From an uncultured delta proteobacterium (GTDB lineage Bacteria; Desulfobacterota; Binatia; UBA9968), in contig CAVUVW010000010.1 in NCBI GenBank assembly GCA_963745035.1, positions 96,001 to 160,000 of the forward strand: DNA of 64,000 nt. The letters are read 5' to 3'. Position numbers and translations under genes: made by a program. This document shows positions 1 through 10,852 of this stretch, one piece after another. The notes beneath the pieces are model-generated. The model saw only the letters and a program-made list of their open reading frames with translations. It was not told the origin of the DNA and did not search any database. The first letter of the stretch is position 1. Each line of letters starts with the position of its first letter.

Positions 1-451
1 AGATGGATGCCGGCTTGTTGATCGTGAAGCCGATGCCGACTTTGCCGGTCGGGAAGGTAGCGGGATTTCCCTGAACGAGATGGCGGATCAGCTTCACGCC
101 TTCTTCGAATTCTTTCAGCGGCGTCGCTTTCAATCCCTGGCCGTACACCGGGCCGTCGCCGGTGCCGAGTCCCAGAATGGCACGGCCTTTGGAGATTTCA
201 TTGAGCGATGCTGCGGCGCCGGCGAGCACGGTGGGGTGGCGAAACACCATGTTTGTGACGGCGATGCCGAGCAGCACGCGATTGGTAATCATCGCGCAGC
301 TCGCCAGAGTCTGAAACGAATCGATGGAGCTCAAGTGGCTTTCGCCGAGAAAAATCCCGTCGTAGCCGAGCTCTTCGGCGCGCTTGGCGCGCCGGTGAAT
401 CTCGTCGATGTTTTTGACGCCGCCGTGGACGCTATGGAGACTGAATTTCAT
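1..451 (-). CDS. LLM-class (luciferase-like/Mer) flavin- or F420-dependent oxidoreductase, 3' end runs off the window
   Basis: Not in ORF track. Manual translation from ATG at 451: MKFSLHSVHGG...AKRAEELGYDGIFLGESH...LLGIAVTNMVFRHPTVLAGAAASLNEISKGRAILGLGTGD, the typical LLM N-terminal motifs. Confidence 0.85.
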   Translation of the reverse strand, partial: MKFSLHSVHGGVKNIDEIHRRAKRAEELGYDGIFLGESHLSSIDSFQTLASCAMITNRVLLGIAVTNMVFRHPTVLAGAAASLNEISKGRAILGLGTGDGPVYGQGLKATPLKEFEEGVKLIRHLVQGNPATFPTGKVGIGFTINKPASI

Positions 452-455
452 TTTG

Positions 456-483
456 AGGCAACAGGCATTAGGCAACAGGCAAC
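456..483. repeat. Intergenic heptamer tandem repeat (AGGCAAC x4, one degenerate)
   Basis: AGGCAAC AGGCATT AGGCAAC AGGCAAC read directly. Confidence 0.75.
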
Positions 484-523
484 AGTAAGAATTACTAAAA
501 GATTCGGCAAAGGTGCTCGCTTA

Positions 524-1339
524 TCAGCGGGAGAATTCGACGAGGCCGCAGCCCGTCGCCCACGGGATTACCGGCTCGTAGGCGACGACTTGGGCCTTCC
601 AGCTTTGCACGGCGCCGGCCAGCGCGATCCACGTGCGGATCTCGTGGCCGCCGGAGCCGGCCTCGCTGTTGATTTCTTCGTGCGTATATTCGGTCAACTT
701 GGAGCGCTCGCCGCCGATCAACGTCTCCAAGAATTTCTTATCGAACGGAATATTGATCTTGCCGTGTTTGGCCTCGCCCGGCCAATGGGAAAGCCCGCCG
801 GTCGCGATCACCGCGATCCGCTTTGGGCTTTTTTCGAGGACGCCGCCAAGGAATTGGCCAAAGGCAAAACAGCGCTTCGCCGTCGGCATCGGCGGGGTCA
901 GCGTATTCAGGATGATCGGCACCACGGGCGCTGCCATGTGCGGATTCAGGAAATGCAGAGGCAAGAACGTCGCATGATCGAACAACAGCTCGTCCGAAAA
1001 AGTCGGATCGAAACCGCCGTCGAGGCAGGCGTCGATGAGCTCGACGGCGAGATCTTTATCGCCGGGTACGCGGGCTTTGGGGATGCGCAGCCATTCCTCG
1101 ATCGGGCCGTCATAATGGGCCGCGCGGCCGATGCAGAAAGTCGGCATGCTGTTGAGGAAGAAATTCGCCCAGTGCTCCACCGTCAGCGCCACGATAACGT
1201 CCGGCTTGGACGCGGCGAGTCTCTCGCCGAGACGGCGATAGTTGCCGAGGAAGTTATCCGCTTGTTCCTTGGGCGCAGCCTCGGTCCAGGCGGTCATCCC
1301 CGGCGCGTGGCTGGCGGCGCAGGCAAATACGATCGGCAT
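524..1339 (-). CDS. Class III extradiol ring-cleavage dioxygenase, LigB/MhpB-type catalytic subunit
   Basis: Motifs ASHAPG, EHWANFF, FDHA, TGGLSHWPG, HEIRTW; directly downstream of a LigA-like gene. Confidence 0.88.
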   Translation of the reverse strand: MPIVFACAASHAPGMTAWTEAAPKEQADNFLGNYRRLGERLAASKPDVIVALTVEHWANFFLNSMPTFCIGRAAHYDGPIEEWLRIPKARVPGDKDLAVELIDACLDGGFDPTFSDELLFDHATFLPLHFLNPHMAAPVVPIILNTLTPPMPTAKRCFAFGQFLGGVLEKSPKRIAVIATGGLSHWPGEAKHGKINIPFDKKFLETLIGGERSKLTEYTHEEINSEAGSGGHEIRTWIALAGAVQSWKAQVVAYEPVIPWATGCGLVEFSR

Positions 1340-1342
1340 GGC

Positions 1343-1597
1343 TCACTCCAATCCCTTCAGGGCTTTGGCGTAATCTTCGTTGGAAACTTTGTGCAGCAAG
1401 CTGAACGGTCGGAGCAGCAGCGAATGGACGCCCATGCTGTACAGCGCGCGCACGTCGACGTCGAGCGCCGCCTTCGCCTCGGCTTCGCTGAGCTCGTAGT
1501 TTTTGACGAAGGTCGCCGGGTCCTGGCGATAGCGCTCGCGCTGGGCGCTGTCGCGGTTCACGTGATAGATCAGCTTCTGCAATTGATAGAGGCTCAT
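1343..1597 (-). CDS. LigA-like small subunit of aromatic ring-opening dioxygenase
   Basis: 84 aa, MSLYQLQKLIY...RYRQDP...YELSEAE...GVHSLLL pattern; 3 nt from the LigB-like gene. Confidence 0.8.
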   Translation of the reverse strand: MSLYQLQKLIYHVNRDSAQRERYRQDPATFVKNYELSEAEAKAALDVDVRALYSMGVHSLLLRPFSLLHKVSNEDYAKALKGLE

Positions 1598-1617
1598 CGG
1601 GTGCTACCTTGCTCAAG

Positions 1618-1763
1618 AAAATCCGAAATACGAATATCGAAATTCGAAACTTCAAACGCTAAGAGCGACGTACCAATCAGGAAACGACCGAGTTTTGAGC
1701 ATTCTCTTCCTTGTTTGGGGTTATTCGAATTTGTTTCGGATTTCGAGCTTCGAATTTGGATCT
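1618..1763. repeat. Imperfect inverted repeat built of AAATTCG-type heptamers
   Basis: Left arm AAATCCG AAATACG AATATCG AAATTCG AAAC; right arm GTTTCGG ATTTCGA GCTTCGA ATTTGGAT. Confidence 0.7.
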
Positions 1764-1778
1764 CTCCGTTGACGCTCT

Positions 1779-2870
1779 TTAGTCCAATTTCTCGTGCAAC
1801 CAGCCCAAGACGGTCTTGAAGATATTCGGAATCGCCCCCATGTGGCCGCCGGAAAAGAGCCGGATCGTTTTCGGATTACCGTGCTCCAAAAGCAAATAAA
1901 AATCCTCCAGCGGCACCTGCTTGTCTTCTTTGCCGTTGACGATCAGCAGCGGCGCGCAGGGTTTGTCGAGCCAGCCTTGATCGAGCAACGATAGCGCGGG
2001 CATGACGGCGCAAAGCTCGTTGAAGGTTTTCTTGCCGAAAAGATTGGCGCGGGCCTCAATCAAATCGAACAGGTACGAATCGGCATGGCGCGAGCGTTCC
2101 TGCCACTCGGGTTGAAAGAAATAGTGGATGCCGCCTCCCCAGTTGACCGCCGCGCGCAATTTCTCCGGCGCGAGATGGGCGAGCTTGGTCGACCAGTGAC
2201 CGCCGAAGCTGGCGCCGACGACGGCAACCTTGTTCCGATTCACTTCAGGCCTTTGAAGAAGATAATCGAGCACGGCGGTGTGGACTTGGTGCGCATCGGG
2301 TCCGGCGAGCAGCGGGCATTCGCCTGTGCCGGGGCTGTCGATGATAAAACAGCCCCAGCCTTCCTTGACGAAGGCTTCGCCGAACGAATGGCGCTCTTCT
2401 TTCCAGTTGTCGATTCCGCCCCAGTGCATGATCATCGGCGCCGGAAGATTTGTCGGCAGGCGCAGATGGCCGACGATCGCCTTTCCTTGGAACGGGATCG
2501 ACACGCGCTCGACGGGAACTTCGAAATATTTGGAAGCGGCCAAAAACATGTCGCGAGTCTTGGCATAGCCGTGGTGCTTGCCCGGCGTGCTGGGAAACGG
2601 ATGGCGGGCGATGCCGTAGTAGCCGTAGGATTTCAAGAACGCCTCTTTTGCCTGGCTGGCGTTGTGGCTCTTTTCCGCGGCGACCGCCTTTTCTTCCCAG
2701 CGAGCGCCGAGCGCATTCCAAGCGCCGGCCCAGCTTTCGCCTTCGAAATCGGCCATTTTCGCCAGCGCTTCTTCCGCTTCGTTTTTGTCGGCGTGAAGAA
2801 AGGGGGCGCGGCGGCCGACGCGGTCGCGGATGTCGTCTTTTACTTCTGCAACGGTGCGTGGCTTGCTCAT
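1779..2870 (-). CDS. Alpha/beta hydrolase (FrsA/DUF1100, 2,6-dihydroxypseudooxynicotine hydrolase-like)
   Basis: GASFGG nucleophile elbow, GGIDNWKEE, DSPGTGE, C-terminal GGHMG; start placed at MSKPR. Confidence 0.75.
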   Translation of the reverse strand: MSKPRTVAEVKDDIRDRVGRRAPFLHADKNEAEEALAKMADFEGESWAGAWNALGARWEEKAVAAEKSHNASQAKEAFLKSYGYYGIARHPFPSTPGKHHGYAKTRDMFLAASKYFEVPVERVSIPFQGKAIVGHLRLPTNLPAPMIMHWGGIDNWKEERHSFGEAFVKEGWGCFIIDSPGTGECPLLAGPDAHQVHTAVLDYLLQRPEVNRNKVAVVGASFGGHWSTKLAHLAPEKLRAAVNWGGGIHYFFQPEWQERSRHADSYLFDLIEARANLFGKKTFNELCAVMPALSLLDQGWLDKPCAPLLIVNGKEDKQVPLEDFYLLLEHGNPKTIRLFSGGHMGAIPNIFKTVLGWLHEKLD

Positions 2871-3176
2871 CGCTTCGAACCTCTGACGGACTCTGCGCAA
2901 TTTCAGATGGGTGCCGATCGGCGCCGTCTTTGTCGCGCGAACTAATGTGATCGCCAAAGTCAGGCTATAAAGGGTCACTTTCCGCTTGTCAACTGGCGCA
3001 GCGCCGGTCTCGTTTGCGTGCGCGCGGGAAGCGCAAACGCGCTCTGCAACAGAGCGGCGGCTTGCGCGGCGAATTGCCGGACAAAAAGGTGTTGCATGTC
3101 ATGCGATTAATTTATAACAGTTCTTTACAGGGTTTTTCTTCTTGTGTAGATTCTGCAAACTTGTGACGGAGCAGTC

Positions 3177-4037
3177 ATGGGCGTGATCATCGACGGAAAA
3201 GCCGTCGCCAAGGAAGTCCAGAAACAAATCAAAGACGACGTGGATGGGCTGGAACGGCGCTGGGGACTGGCGCCGGGGCTGGCGGTGGTGTTGGTTGGTG
3301 ACGATCCCGCTTCGCACATTTACGTGCGCAACAAAGAGAAGGCGTGCAAGGAAGTCGGCATCAAATCCTTCGAGCACCTGCTGCCGGCGACGATCACCGA
3401 AAGAGATTTGCTCGCGCTGGTGCATCAGCTCAATAAAGATAAACGGATCCACGGCATTCTCGTCCAATTGCCGCTGCCGCCGCACATTCGCGCCGAGAAA
3501 ATTCTCGAAGCGATCTCGCCCAATAAAGACATCGACGGCTTTCATCCGGTTAATCAGGGATTGCTCGCGCTCGGCGCCGACGGCTTCAAGCCGTGCACGC
3601 CGATGGGCATCATGAAGCTGCTCGAGTCGGTCCACTGCGATCCGAAGGGCAGGAACGCGGTCGTGGTCGGGCGCAGCAACATTGTCGGCAAGCCGGTGGC
3701 GCTGATGCTCCTCGCCAAGCATGCCACGGTGACGATCTGTCACTCGCGCACGGCGAGCCTGCGCGACGAGGTCGGCCGCGCGGATATTTTAATCGTCGCG
3801 ATCGGCAAGGCAGGTCTGGTGCGAGGCGATTGGGTGAAGCCCGGCGCGGTGGTGATCGATGTCGGCGTGAATCGCTCGCCGAGCGGCAAGCTGTGCGGCG
3901 ACGTCGAGTTTGACACGGCCAAGGACCGCGCCTCGGCGATCTCGCCGGTGCCGGGCGGGGTGGGACCGATGACCATCTGCATGCTGCTGTACAATACGCT
4001 CAAAGCCGCGAAAGAATCGCTCCAGCGCGAGCGCTAG
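3177..4037 (+). CDS. folD: Bifunctional methylenetetrahydrofolate dehydrogenase/cyclohydrolase
   Basis: [46 protein letters not shown]. Confidence 0.97.
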   Translation: MGVIIDGKAVAKEVQKQIKDDVDGLERRWGLAPGLAVVLVGDDPASHIYVRNKEKACKEVGIKSFEHLLPATITERDLLALVHQLNKDKRIHGILVQLPLPPHIRAEKILEAISPNKDIDGFHPVNQGLLALGADGFKPCTPMGIMKLLESVHCDPKGRNAVVVGRSNIVGKPVALMLLAKHATVTICHSRTASLRDEVGRADILIVAIGKAGLVRGDWVKPGAVVIDVGVNRSPSGKLCGDVEFDTAKDRASAISPVPGGVGPMTICMLLYNTLKAAKESLQRER

Positions 4038-4065
4038 AACTCCCGTTCACCTCCGTGGCGCTGGG

Positions 4066-5152
4066 ATGAAAAGAACGCCGCTTTATTCGGCGCACCGCCG
4101 GGCGGGCGCGAAAATGGTCGAGTTCGCCGGCTGGGAAATGCCGGTCCAGTATCACGGCGTCATCGACGAGCATCGCGCCGTGCGCCAAGCGCGCGGGGCT
4201 GTTCGACGTGAGCCACATGGGTGAGATCGAAGTTCGCGGCGAGAGCGCCCTGGAGTTCTGCCAGCGCATGACGGCCAACGATATTTCGCGCATGCAAGCC
4301 TCGTTCCAAGCCCAGTACAACTTGTTGCTCAACGAACACGGCGGTGTGATCGACGACGTCATTTTTTATCGTCTAGAGCAGGATAGTTTTTTCATCTGCG
4401 TCAACGCTTCGAACAGCGACAAGGATTTTGCCTGGCTGCGCACGCAGGCCGCGGGGGCGGCGTCGAGGTCGAGAACGTCAGCGACAAGTATGCACAATTG
4501 GCGCTGCAAGGGCCGCACGCGGCCAAAATTCTCCAGCCCCTGACCGCTGTCTCCTTGGCCGAGGTGAAAAGCTTCTCGTTCGTATTCGCCGACGTCGCGT
4601 CGGTGCGCTGCCTGGCGGCGCGCACCGGTTATACCGGCGAGGACGGCTTCGAGCTTTACTGCGCCGCCGAAAACGCTCCGCGGCTATGGACGGCTCTCCT
4701 CGATGCGGGTGCGGCGGACGGGCTGGTCCCGGCCGGTCTCGGCGCGCGCGATACTCTGAGATTGGAAAAGGCCTATCCGCTTTACGGCCATGAGCTCGAC
4801 GACACCACGACGCCGCTCGAAGCGGGCTTGGAGTGGGTGACAAAGTTTTCCAAGCCCGACTTCATCGGCCGGGATGTGTTGTTGAAACAAAAGGAAGCGG
4901 GGCGTGGAGCGCAAGCTGGTCGGACTGGAAATGCTCGAGCCCGGCATCGCGCGCGGCGGCTACCCGCTCTTTAAAAATTCGATCAACATCGGTCGAGTGA
5001 CGAGCGGCACCCATTCGCCGTCGCTCGGCAAAGCGATCGCGTTGGGCTACGTCGGCGCCGAGCACGCCGGGGTCGGCGAAGTCGTCGACGTGGAAATCCG
5101 TAGCCGGAAGGTTCCGGCGAAAATCGTTTCTTTGCCGTTCTATCGCCGTTGA
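4066..5152 (+). CDS. gcvT: Glycine cleavage system T protein (about 3 frameshifts, probable sequencing indels)
   Basis: MKRTPLY...[56 protein letters not shown] found in successive frames. Confidence 0.92.
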
Positions 5153-5182
5153 GGGCGCAGCCAGAGTGTAAGGAGGTTTGTG

Positions 5183-5644
5183 ATGGAGTTTCCCGAAGGA
5201 CTTAAATATTCAAAAGAACACGAATGGGTGCTGGTCGAGGGCAATACGGCTACGATCGGCATCACCGAGTATGCTCAGGAAGAGCTGGGCGATATCGTTT
5301 ACGTGGAGCTGCCGGAGGTCGGCGAAAAAGTCGTCAAGGACGATCCCTTCGGCGCCGTCGAGTCGGTCAAGGCGGTTTCGGATGTTTACGCGCCGGTCAG
5401 CGGCGCGGTTCTCGAAATCAACGACGTGCTGCCCGACAACCCGGAGACGATCAACGATGATCCTTACGGCGACGGCTGGATGATTCGCGTCGAGCTCGCC
5501 GACAAGGACGATCTCACCGATCTGATGGACGCCGAAGAATACGCCGAGTACGTCCAGCAGCAAAAGGAGAACGACGAGGAAGAAGGGGAGGAGGAGGACG
5601 ACGAGGAAGACATCGATGAGGAAGAAGAAGAGAAGGATAAGTAA
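5183..5644 (+). CDS. gcvH: Glycine cleavage system H protein with acidic C-terminal tail
   Basis: YSKEHEWV, GITEYAQEELGDIVYVELP, lipoyl motif VESVKAVSD, INDDPYGDGW; RBS AAGGAGG upstream. Confidence 0.96.
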   Translation: MEFPEGLKYSKEHEWVLVEGNTATIGITEYAQEELGDIVYVELPEVGEKVVKDDPFGAVESVKAVSDVYAPVSGAVLEINDVLPDNPETINDDPYGDGWMIRVELADKDDLTDLMDAEEYAEYVQQQKENDEEEGEEEDDEEDIDEEEEEKDK

Positions 5645-5658
5645 ATAGCCCCGGCTTC

Positions 5659-7007
5659 ATGCGCTACACTCCGCACACGGCAGCCGACCAGGAGCGCATG
5701 CTCCACGCCATCGGTCTGGATGCGATCGATGATCTCTACCGTCATGTTCCCAAATCGCTGCGGGAGCGCGCCAAAATTCATCTGCCCGACGGGCTGAGCG
5801 AACTGGCGGTGCGCAAGCGCCTGGCGGCTTTTGCCGCGCAGAACGCCACGGCGGCGGACTGGAGCCTGTTTCTCGGCGGCGGGATCTACAACCATTTCAT
5901 TCCGAGCGCGGTGGACGCGGTCATTTCCCGCTCGGAGTTCTCGACTTCGTATACGCCGTATCAGCCGGAGGTGAGTCAGGGCACGTTGCAGGCGCTGTTC
6001 GAGTACCAGACGCTGATCTGCCAGCTCACCGGCATGGAAGTTTCCAATGCCGCGGTATACGACGGCGCGTCGGCGGCCGCCGAGGCGGTGCTGATGTCGC
6101 GGCGAATTCAACCGTCGAGCCGCCGCCGCGTGCTGCTTTCCCGGGCGCTTCATCCGCAGTATCGCGCCGTGGTCCGCGTCGTATTTGAAAAATCTCACCG
6201 ACGTTGTCCTCGAAGAAGTTGCCTTCGACGCCGGCGGGATGACCGACCCGGCTCGTCTGGCGGAGCGGCTCGACGATCGCGCGATGTGCGTCGTCGTCGG
6301 CTACCCGAACTTCTTCGGCGTCGTCGAGGACCTCGCGCCGGTGCAATCCGCCTGCGCCACCGCCGGCGCCCAACTGATTTCCGTCACCACCGAGCCCTTG
6401 TCGCTGGGCATGCTCAAGCCGCCGGGCGAATTCGGCGTCGATATCGCCGTCGGGAGAAGGCCAGAGTTTGGGCGTGCCGATGAATCTCGGCGGGCCCGCT
6501 TTCGGCTTTTTCGCCTGTCAAAAGAAATTTGTCCGCAACATTCCCGGACGGCTCGTCGGCGAAACCGTCGACAGCGACGGCCGGCGGGGTTTCGTCTTGA
6601 CCCTCGCCACGCGCGAGCAGCATATCCGGCGCGAAAAAGCGACGTCGAATATCTGCACGAGCCAGACGCTCTGCGCTCTCGGCGCAACCGTGTTCATGGC
6701 GCTGCTGGGCAAGAGCGGCATGCGCCGGCTCGCCGAGATCAATCTCGCGCGCGCGCACCGGGCGCGCGCGCAGCTCGTCGGCGACGCCGGTTTGTCCGAG
6801 GTTTTTCCCGGTCCTTTTTTCAACGAATTCGTCGTGCGCGCGCCGAACCTCAAGCAGCTTCTGGCCAAGTGCGCCGCGGAGAAAATGATCCCCGGCATCG
6901 AACTAGCAAAATGGTACCCGGAGCTGAGCGATTGCCTGCTCGTCTGCGTGACCGAAATGAACGAGCAAGAGGAGATCGATCGACTTGTCCGAATCATCCG
7001 CGACTAG
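5659..7007 (+). CDS. gcvPA: Glycine dehydrogenase subunit 1 (frameshifts near 6180 and 6455)
   Basis: MRYTPHT, YTPYQPEVSQGTLQALFEYQT, LATREQHIRREKATSNICT across frames. Confidence 0.92.
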
Positions 7008-8476
7008 GCAGCCCGCGCCCGCGGCCGAGCCAAAGCTGCTCTTCGAGAGCGGCTCGCCGGGCCGCAGCGCGTTTTTCTGGCCGGAAGAGGCCGGCGGCCG
7101 ATGCCGTTCCGGCGGCGCTGCTGCGCTCGGAGATCGCCGGATTCCCCGAGTTGGGCGAGCTGGAAACCCTCCGGCATTTCACCCGGCTGTCGCAGCGAAA
7201 CTTCGCCATCGAGAGCCAATTCTATCCGCTCGGCTCGTGCACGATGAAATACAATCCCAAGATCAACGAAGTCGTCGCGCGCCTGCCGGGGTTCGCGCAG
7301 GTCCATCCGATGGCGCCCGCCGATCGATTGCAGGGCGCGCTGGCGCTGCTCTTCGAGCTCGAGCGCATGTTGGCGGAGATCAGCGGCATGGAGCAGGTGA
7401 GCCTGCAGCCGTCGGCCGGCGCGCAGGGCGAGCTCACCGGCTTGATGCTGATCCGCGCCTGCCTGACGGATCGGGGCAATCCGCGCAAGAAAATTATCGT
7501 TCCCGACACCGCGCACGGCACCAATCCGGCGAGCTCGACCTTGTGCGGCTACGAGGTCGTGCAGATTTCTTCCACCGAGCGCGGCGTGATCGATGCCGCG
7601 GCCGTGGCGGCGGCCATGGACGAAGAGGTCGCCGCGTTGATGATCACCAATCCGAACACGCTCGGGCTGTTCGAAACCAACATCGAAGCCATCGCCGCAG
7701 CGGTTCACGCGCGCGGCGGCATGGTCTATCTCGACGGCGCCAACCTGAACGCGCTCATGGGGATTGCCAAGCCGGGACACATGGGCGTCGACGTGCTGCA
7801 CATGAACCTGCACAAGACGTTTTCCACGCCGCACGGCGGCGGCGGTCCGGGAGCCGGCCCGGTGGCGGTCAAAAACCATTTGGCCGCCTATCTGCCGGTG
7901 CCGCGCGTCGTCCAAGCCGGCGAGCGCTTCGCGTTGCAAGAAGATTGTGACAAATCGATCGGCCGCGTGCGCTCGTTCTTCGGTAACTTCGGCGTGCTCG
8001 TGCGCGCCTACGCTTATATTCTCTCGCTCGGCGGCGACGGGCTGGAGGAGGTGAGCCGGATGGCGCTGCTCAACGCCAACTATATCCGCAAGAAATTGGA
8101 AAAGACCTACCAGCTCGCCTACAACGAGCCGTGCATGCACGAGTGCATCTTCACCGACCGCGCGCAACAGAAACAGGGCGTGAGCACCCTCGACATCGCC
8201 AAGCGCTTGCTCGACTACGGCTACCATCCGCCGACAATTTATTTCCCGCTGGTTGTTTCCGGCGCGCTCATGATCGAGCCGACGGAGACCGAGACGAGCG
8301 AAACTCTCGACGGCTTTATCGAGGCGATGGTCGCCATCGCCCAGGAGGCGAAAACCGACCCCGCGCTGGTCAAAACCGCGCCGCATACAACACCGGTCAA
8401 ACGGCTCGACGAAGCGCGCGCGGCAAGAAAACCCGTGCTTCGGTGGGAGCCGCGCTCACCTTCCGGAGAGTCTTAG
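6985..8476 (+). CDS. gcvPB: Glycine dehydrogenase subunit 2 (frameshift near 7090; start uncertain)
   Basis: LLFESGSPGR, YPLGSCTMKYNPK, AHGTNPAS, PLP site HMNLHKTFSTPHGGGGPG, EPTETE. Confidence 0.92.
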
Positions 8477-8575
8477 ATTTTTCCATGCAGATGGAACCCG
8501 ACAACCGCGGTTAACAATGACTTGCCCCGCGGAGGCCGAGCCAACTTACGACTGCGCAAACCGGGTTGAAACGCG

Positions 8576-9367
8576 TCAGCGGACGATCTGATAGTTGACG
8601 CGATTGTCGTGATACTCCATCGCGGCCAAAATCGACAGCGGGTTCGGCTTTACCCACGGTGGAATGGGCGGAAACGGGGCCGCGGCTTTGATGGCTCGCA
8701 GGGCCTCGTCGTCCAAGAGCTGGGAGCCGGAGGAGCGGATGACCCGCGCGCGTTCGAGCTGGCCATGGGGGCCGATGGTGAATTCCAGCGAGAGCTTGCC
8801 TTGCAGGCCATAGCGGAGCGCCAACTCGGGATATTCCCAGTTGGCCTCGATCAGTTGCTTGATCTTGGTGAAATAGCTGACATAGATCGGGTCGTTCGTG
8901 TTGAGCCTGACCGGAGCGTCGCTGCTCGAGCGGGATGACCCGCTCGCCGGCGGCAATAGCTCTTTGATCGTCGGCAAGGGCCGCTCGGCGACGATGCTCC
9001 GCTCGGGCACGACTTCACGCGGCGCTGGAGACGGCTGCGGCGGTGCGGGAGGCGGCGGTTCGGCAGGCTCGATAGCTTCGCGCTTTGCTCGCTGTGTATT
9101 CTGCGCCGGATCCGCTTTCGTCCGCGGTCTGGGCGAATCCTTTTTGGCAATAATGGCGGGAAGATCGCGCGCACGAGCGGGTGGTGTTTTCGGCGCCCGC
9201 GGCACCGGCGGCGATTCTCTTTCCGGAGGCGGCAGAATGGAAACCGGAATGATTTCCGGCGCGCTGCCGCTGCGCAGGTGGCGCGGATAAGCCATCAGAA
9301 ACACGATGCCGTGGAGCGCGATGGATACCGCAAAAAAGCGCAGATAGGATAGGTTCCGCAGCGCCAT
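8576..9367 (-). CDS. TonB-family energy transducer protein
   Basis: N-terminal TM SIALHGIV, Pro-rich linker, C-terminal WEYP..A...G..SSG...LDDEALRAIKAAAPFPP. Confidence 0.85.
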   Translation of the reverse strand: MALRNLSYLRFFAVSIALHGIVFLMAYPRHLRSGSAPEIIPVSILPPPERESPPVPRAPKTPPARARDLPAIIAKKDSPRPRTKADPAQNTQRAKREAIEPAEPPPPAPPQPSPAPREVVPERSIVAERPLPTIKELLPPASGSSRSSSDAPVRLNTNDPIYVSYFTKIKQLIEANWEYPELALRYGLQGKLSLEFTIGPHGQLERARVIRSSGSQLLDDEALRAIKAAAPFPPIPPWVKPNPLSILAAMEYHDNRVNYQIVR

Positions 9368-9450
9368 GATTGTATGATATATGCTCACGTAGGCGGGCGG
9401 AAGAGAAGCGCGGATCGCGATCTCATCGTCTCGCCGCGACAGGAGGTTGC

Positions 9451-9630
9451 ATGTTTGGCTTCGGTATCGGCGAGCTGCTGATTGTCCTGGTGATCGTCGT
9501 CGTTCTCTTCAGCCGGCGCTTGCCCGATCTCGGCGAGGGGCTGGGCAAGAGCATCAAGAAGTTTCGTAGAGCGGTGAACGATTCCGACGAAATTGACGTC
9601 ACGCCGAAGAAAGATTCCCAGGATCGCTAA
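9451..9630 (+). CDS. tatA: Twin-arginine translocase TatA/TatE subunit
   Basis: MFGFGIGELLIVLVIVVVLFSRRLPDLGEGLGKSIKKFR; RBS AGGAGG. Confidence 0.88.
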   Translation: MFGFGIGELLIVLVIVVVLFSRRLPDLGEGLGKSIKKFRRAVNDSDEIDVTPKKDSQDR

Positions 9631-9645
9631 AGTTCCCGACCGCGA

Positions 9646-10695
9646 TTAGATCGCGCCTTCAGCCGCCAGTACCTCGCAGCTAAACGCCTTGGCGCTCTTC
9701 GCGGATTTCAAGAAAACAATCGTAAACGACATCGAATCGCCGGGCGGGATTTCGAAAGTCTTGAGCGGCTTGAGGTCCTGCAAATGCGGTATGTCTTCGA
9801 TGGTCATGCCGCGAATGATCTTCGGCGACATCGTGTTGCCGACCCAGATGGTCTGTCGCTCGATCTCCTTGCCTTCCTCGTTGTACGTGATGCCGGAGAG
9901 CTGAATTTCCCGCACCACTTCAGCGTTCTGATTGAGCGCGACGCCGCTGATCAGGAATACCTCGCGATTGCCCTGAATGGTCTGATAGCCGGAGCGCAAC
10001 GATTGCACCAGGATGCCTTCGCGCAAGTGGTTGTTGCGCAGTACCGACCTGCCGATCAGCGGAATTCTCCGGATGATCTCCTCCGAGGTCTGCGGATTCG
10101 CATAGCTGATGACCGAGAAGAGCGTAAAGCCGATGATCAACAGACAAAAAAGCGAGACAAAGGGCAGGATCGACGCTCGTTGGTCACGATACGAAGCGAT
10201 GGCCAGAATGTTGTTGGCGTCCTCGGGCTCTTCGCGGGCTTCGGTTTTCGAGAAAAACGGATCGTTGTCGGGAAAATCCTCGGCGCCGTCGATGATCTTG
10301 CGCAATGCGATCGGCGGATCTTTCTCCGGTAGAACAAAATCCCCCTCGCTCCCGCCGGCGGCTCCGTGGATCGACCAATCATCGCCGGCGTCCAAGCGAG
10401 TTTCACTTGATTCGTGCTCGTGCAGCGGCGGCTGGGCCGGGTTGTGCTCCGCGTTCTTGTCCGGGGAAAGATCGTCCCTGGCGTCGAACGGCAGGCTCAG
10501 CTCTTCGTCGCCGGCTGCGGTTGCGGCCCACGATTCCGCCGGCAGTGCCGCTTCGGGCGCGGGTTCCTGCGCGCTTTGCGACTCCGGCTCAAACGTATGT
10601 TTGCACCGCGAGCAGCGAAACGCCGGCGCCATACCCTTCAGGAGCTCGTCGGAAACTTTGTACGTCGTGCGGCATTTCGGGCAACGAACCAGCAT
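9646..10695 (-). CDS. Zinc-ribbon (MJ0042-type) membrane protein, DUF3426-like C-terminus
   Basis: MLVRCPKC...FRCSRCKHTF, acidic linker, single TM, C-terminal beta-rich domain. Confidence 0.8.
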   Translation of the reverse strand: MLVRCPKCRTTYKVSDELLKGMAPAFRCSRCKHTFEPESQSAQEPAPEAALPAESWAATAAGDEELSLPFDARDDLSPDKNAEHNPAQPPLHEHESSETRLDAGDDWSIHGAAGGSEGDFVLPEKDPPIALRKIIDGAEDFPDNDPFFSKTEAREEPEDANNILAIASYRDQRASILPFVSLFCLLIIGFTLFSVISYANPQTSEEIIRRIPLIGRSVLRNNHLREGILVQSLRSGYQTIQGNREVFLISGVALNQNAEVVREIQLSGITYNEEGKEIERQTIWVGNTMSPKIIRGMTIEDIPHLQDLKPLKTFEIPPGDSMSFTIVFLKSAKSAKAFSCEVLAAEGAI

Positions 10696-10852
10696 GGAAG
10701 ATCTTTCTATGACCTGCGGGGAGGCGCTCAATACTTAAGAGAATCAAGGTGATCTTAGAGGAATTCGCGAAAACGTCAAGGTTTCGTGCTAGTAAGTGCT
10801 TTTGCGCTCTGAATAAACCCAATTTTTGTGGCGTCTAAAGGACAGGATCACC

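Noticed and set aside
80-1819. 579-aa plus-strand ORF
   Set aside because: Antisense shadow of the LLM, LigB and LigA genes; no motifs; typical of high-GC DNA
3090-3120. Sigma70 promoter for folD (TTGCAT...TATAAC)
   Set aside because: Spacer is about 15 nt, too short to support the call
4038-4065. Glycine riboswitch before gcvT
   Set aside because: The gap is only 28 nt, and I saw no aptamer motif upstream of folD either
7004-8386. Long antisense and alternate-frame ORFs (also 43932-45383, 53985-55346, 21657-23375)
   Set aside because: They overlap well-supported genes and give Arg/Ala-rich translations without family motifs
4066-8476. Programmed frameshifting or pseudogenisation of the gcv operon
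   Set aside because: No consistent slippery sites, and the same kind of indel occurs across unrelated genes
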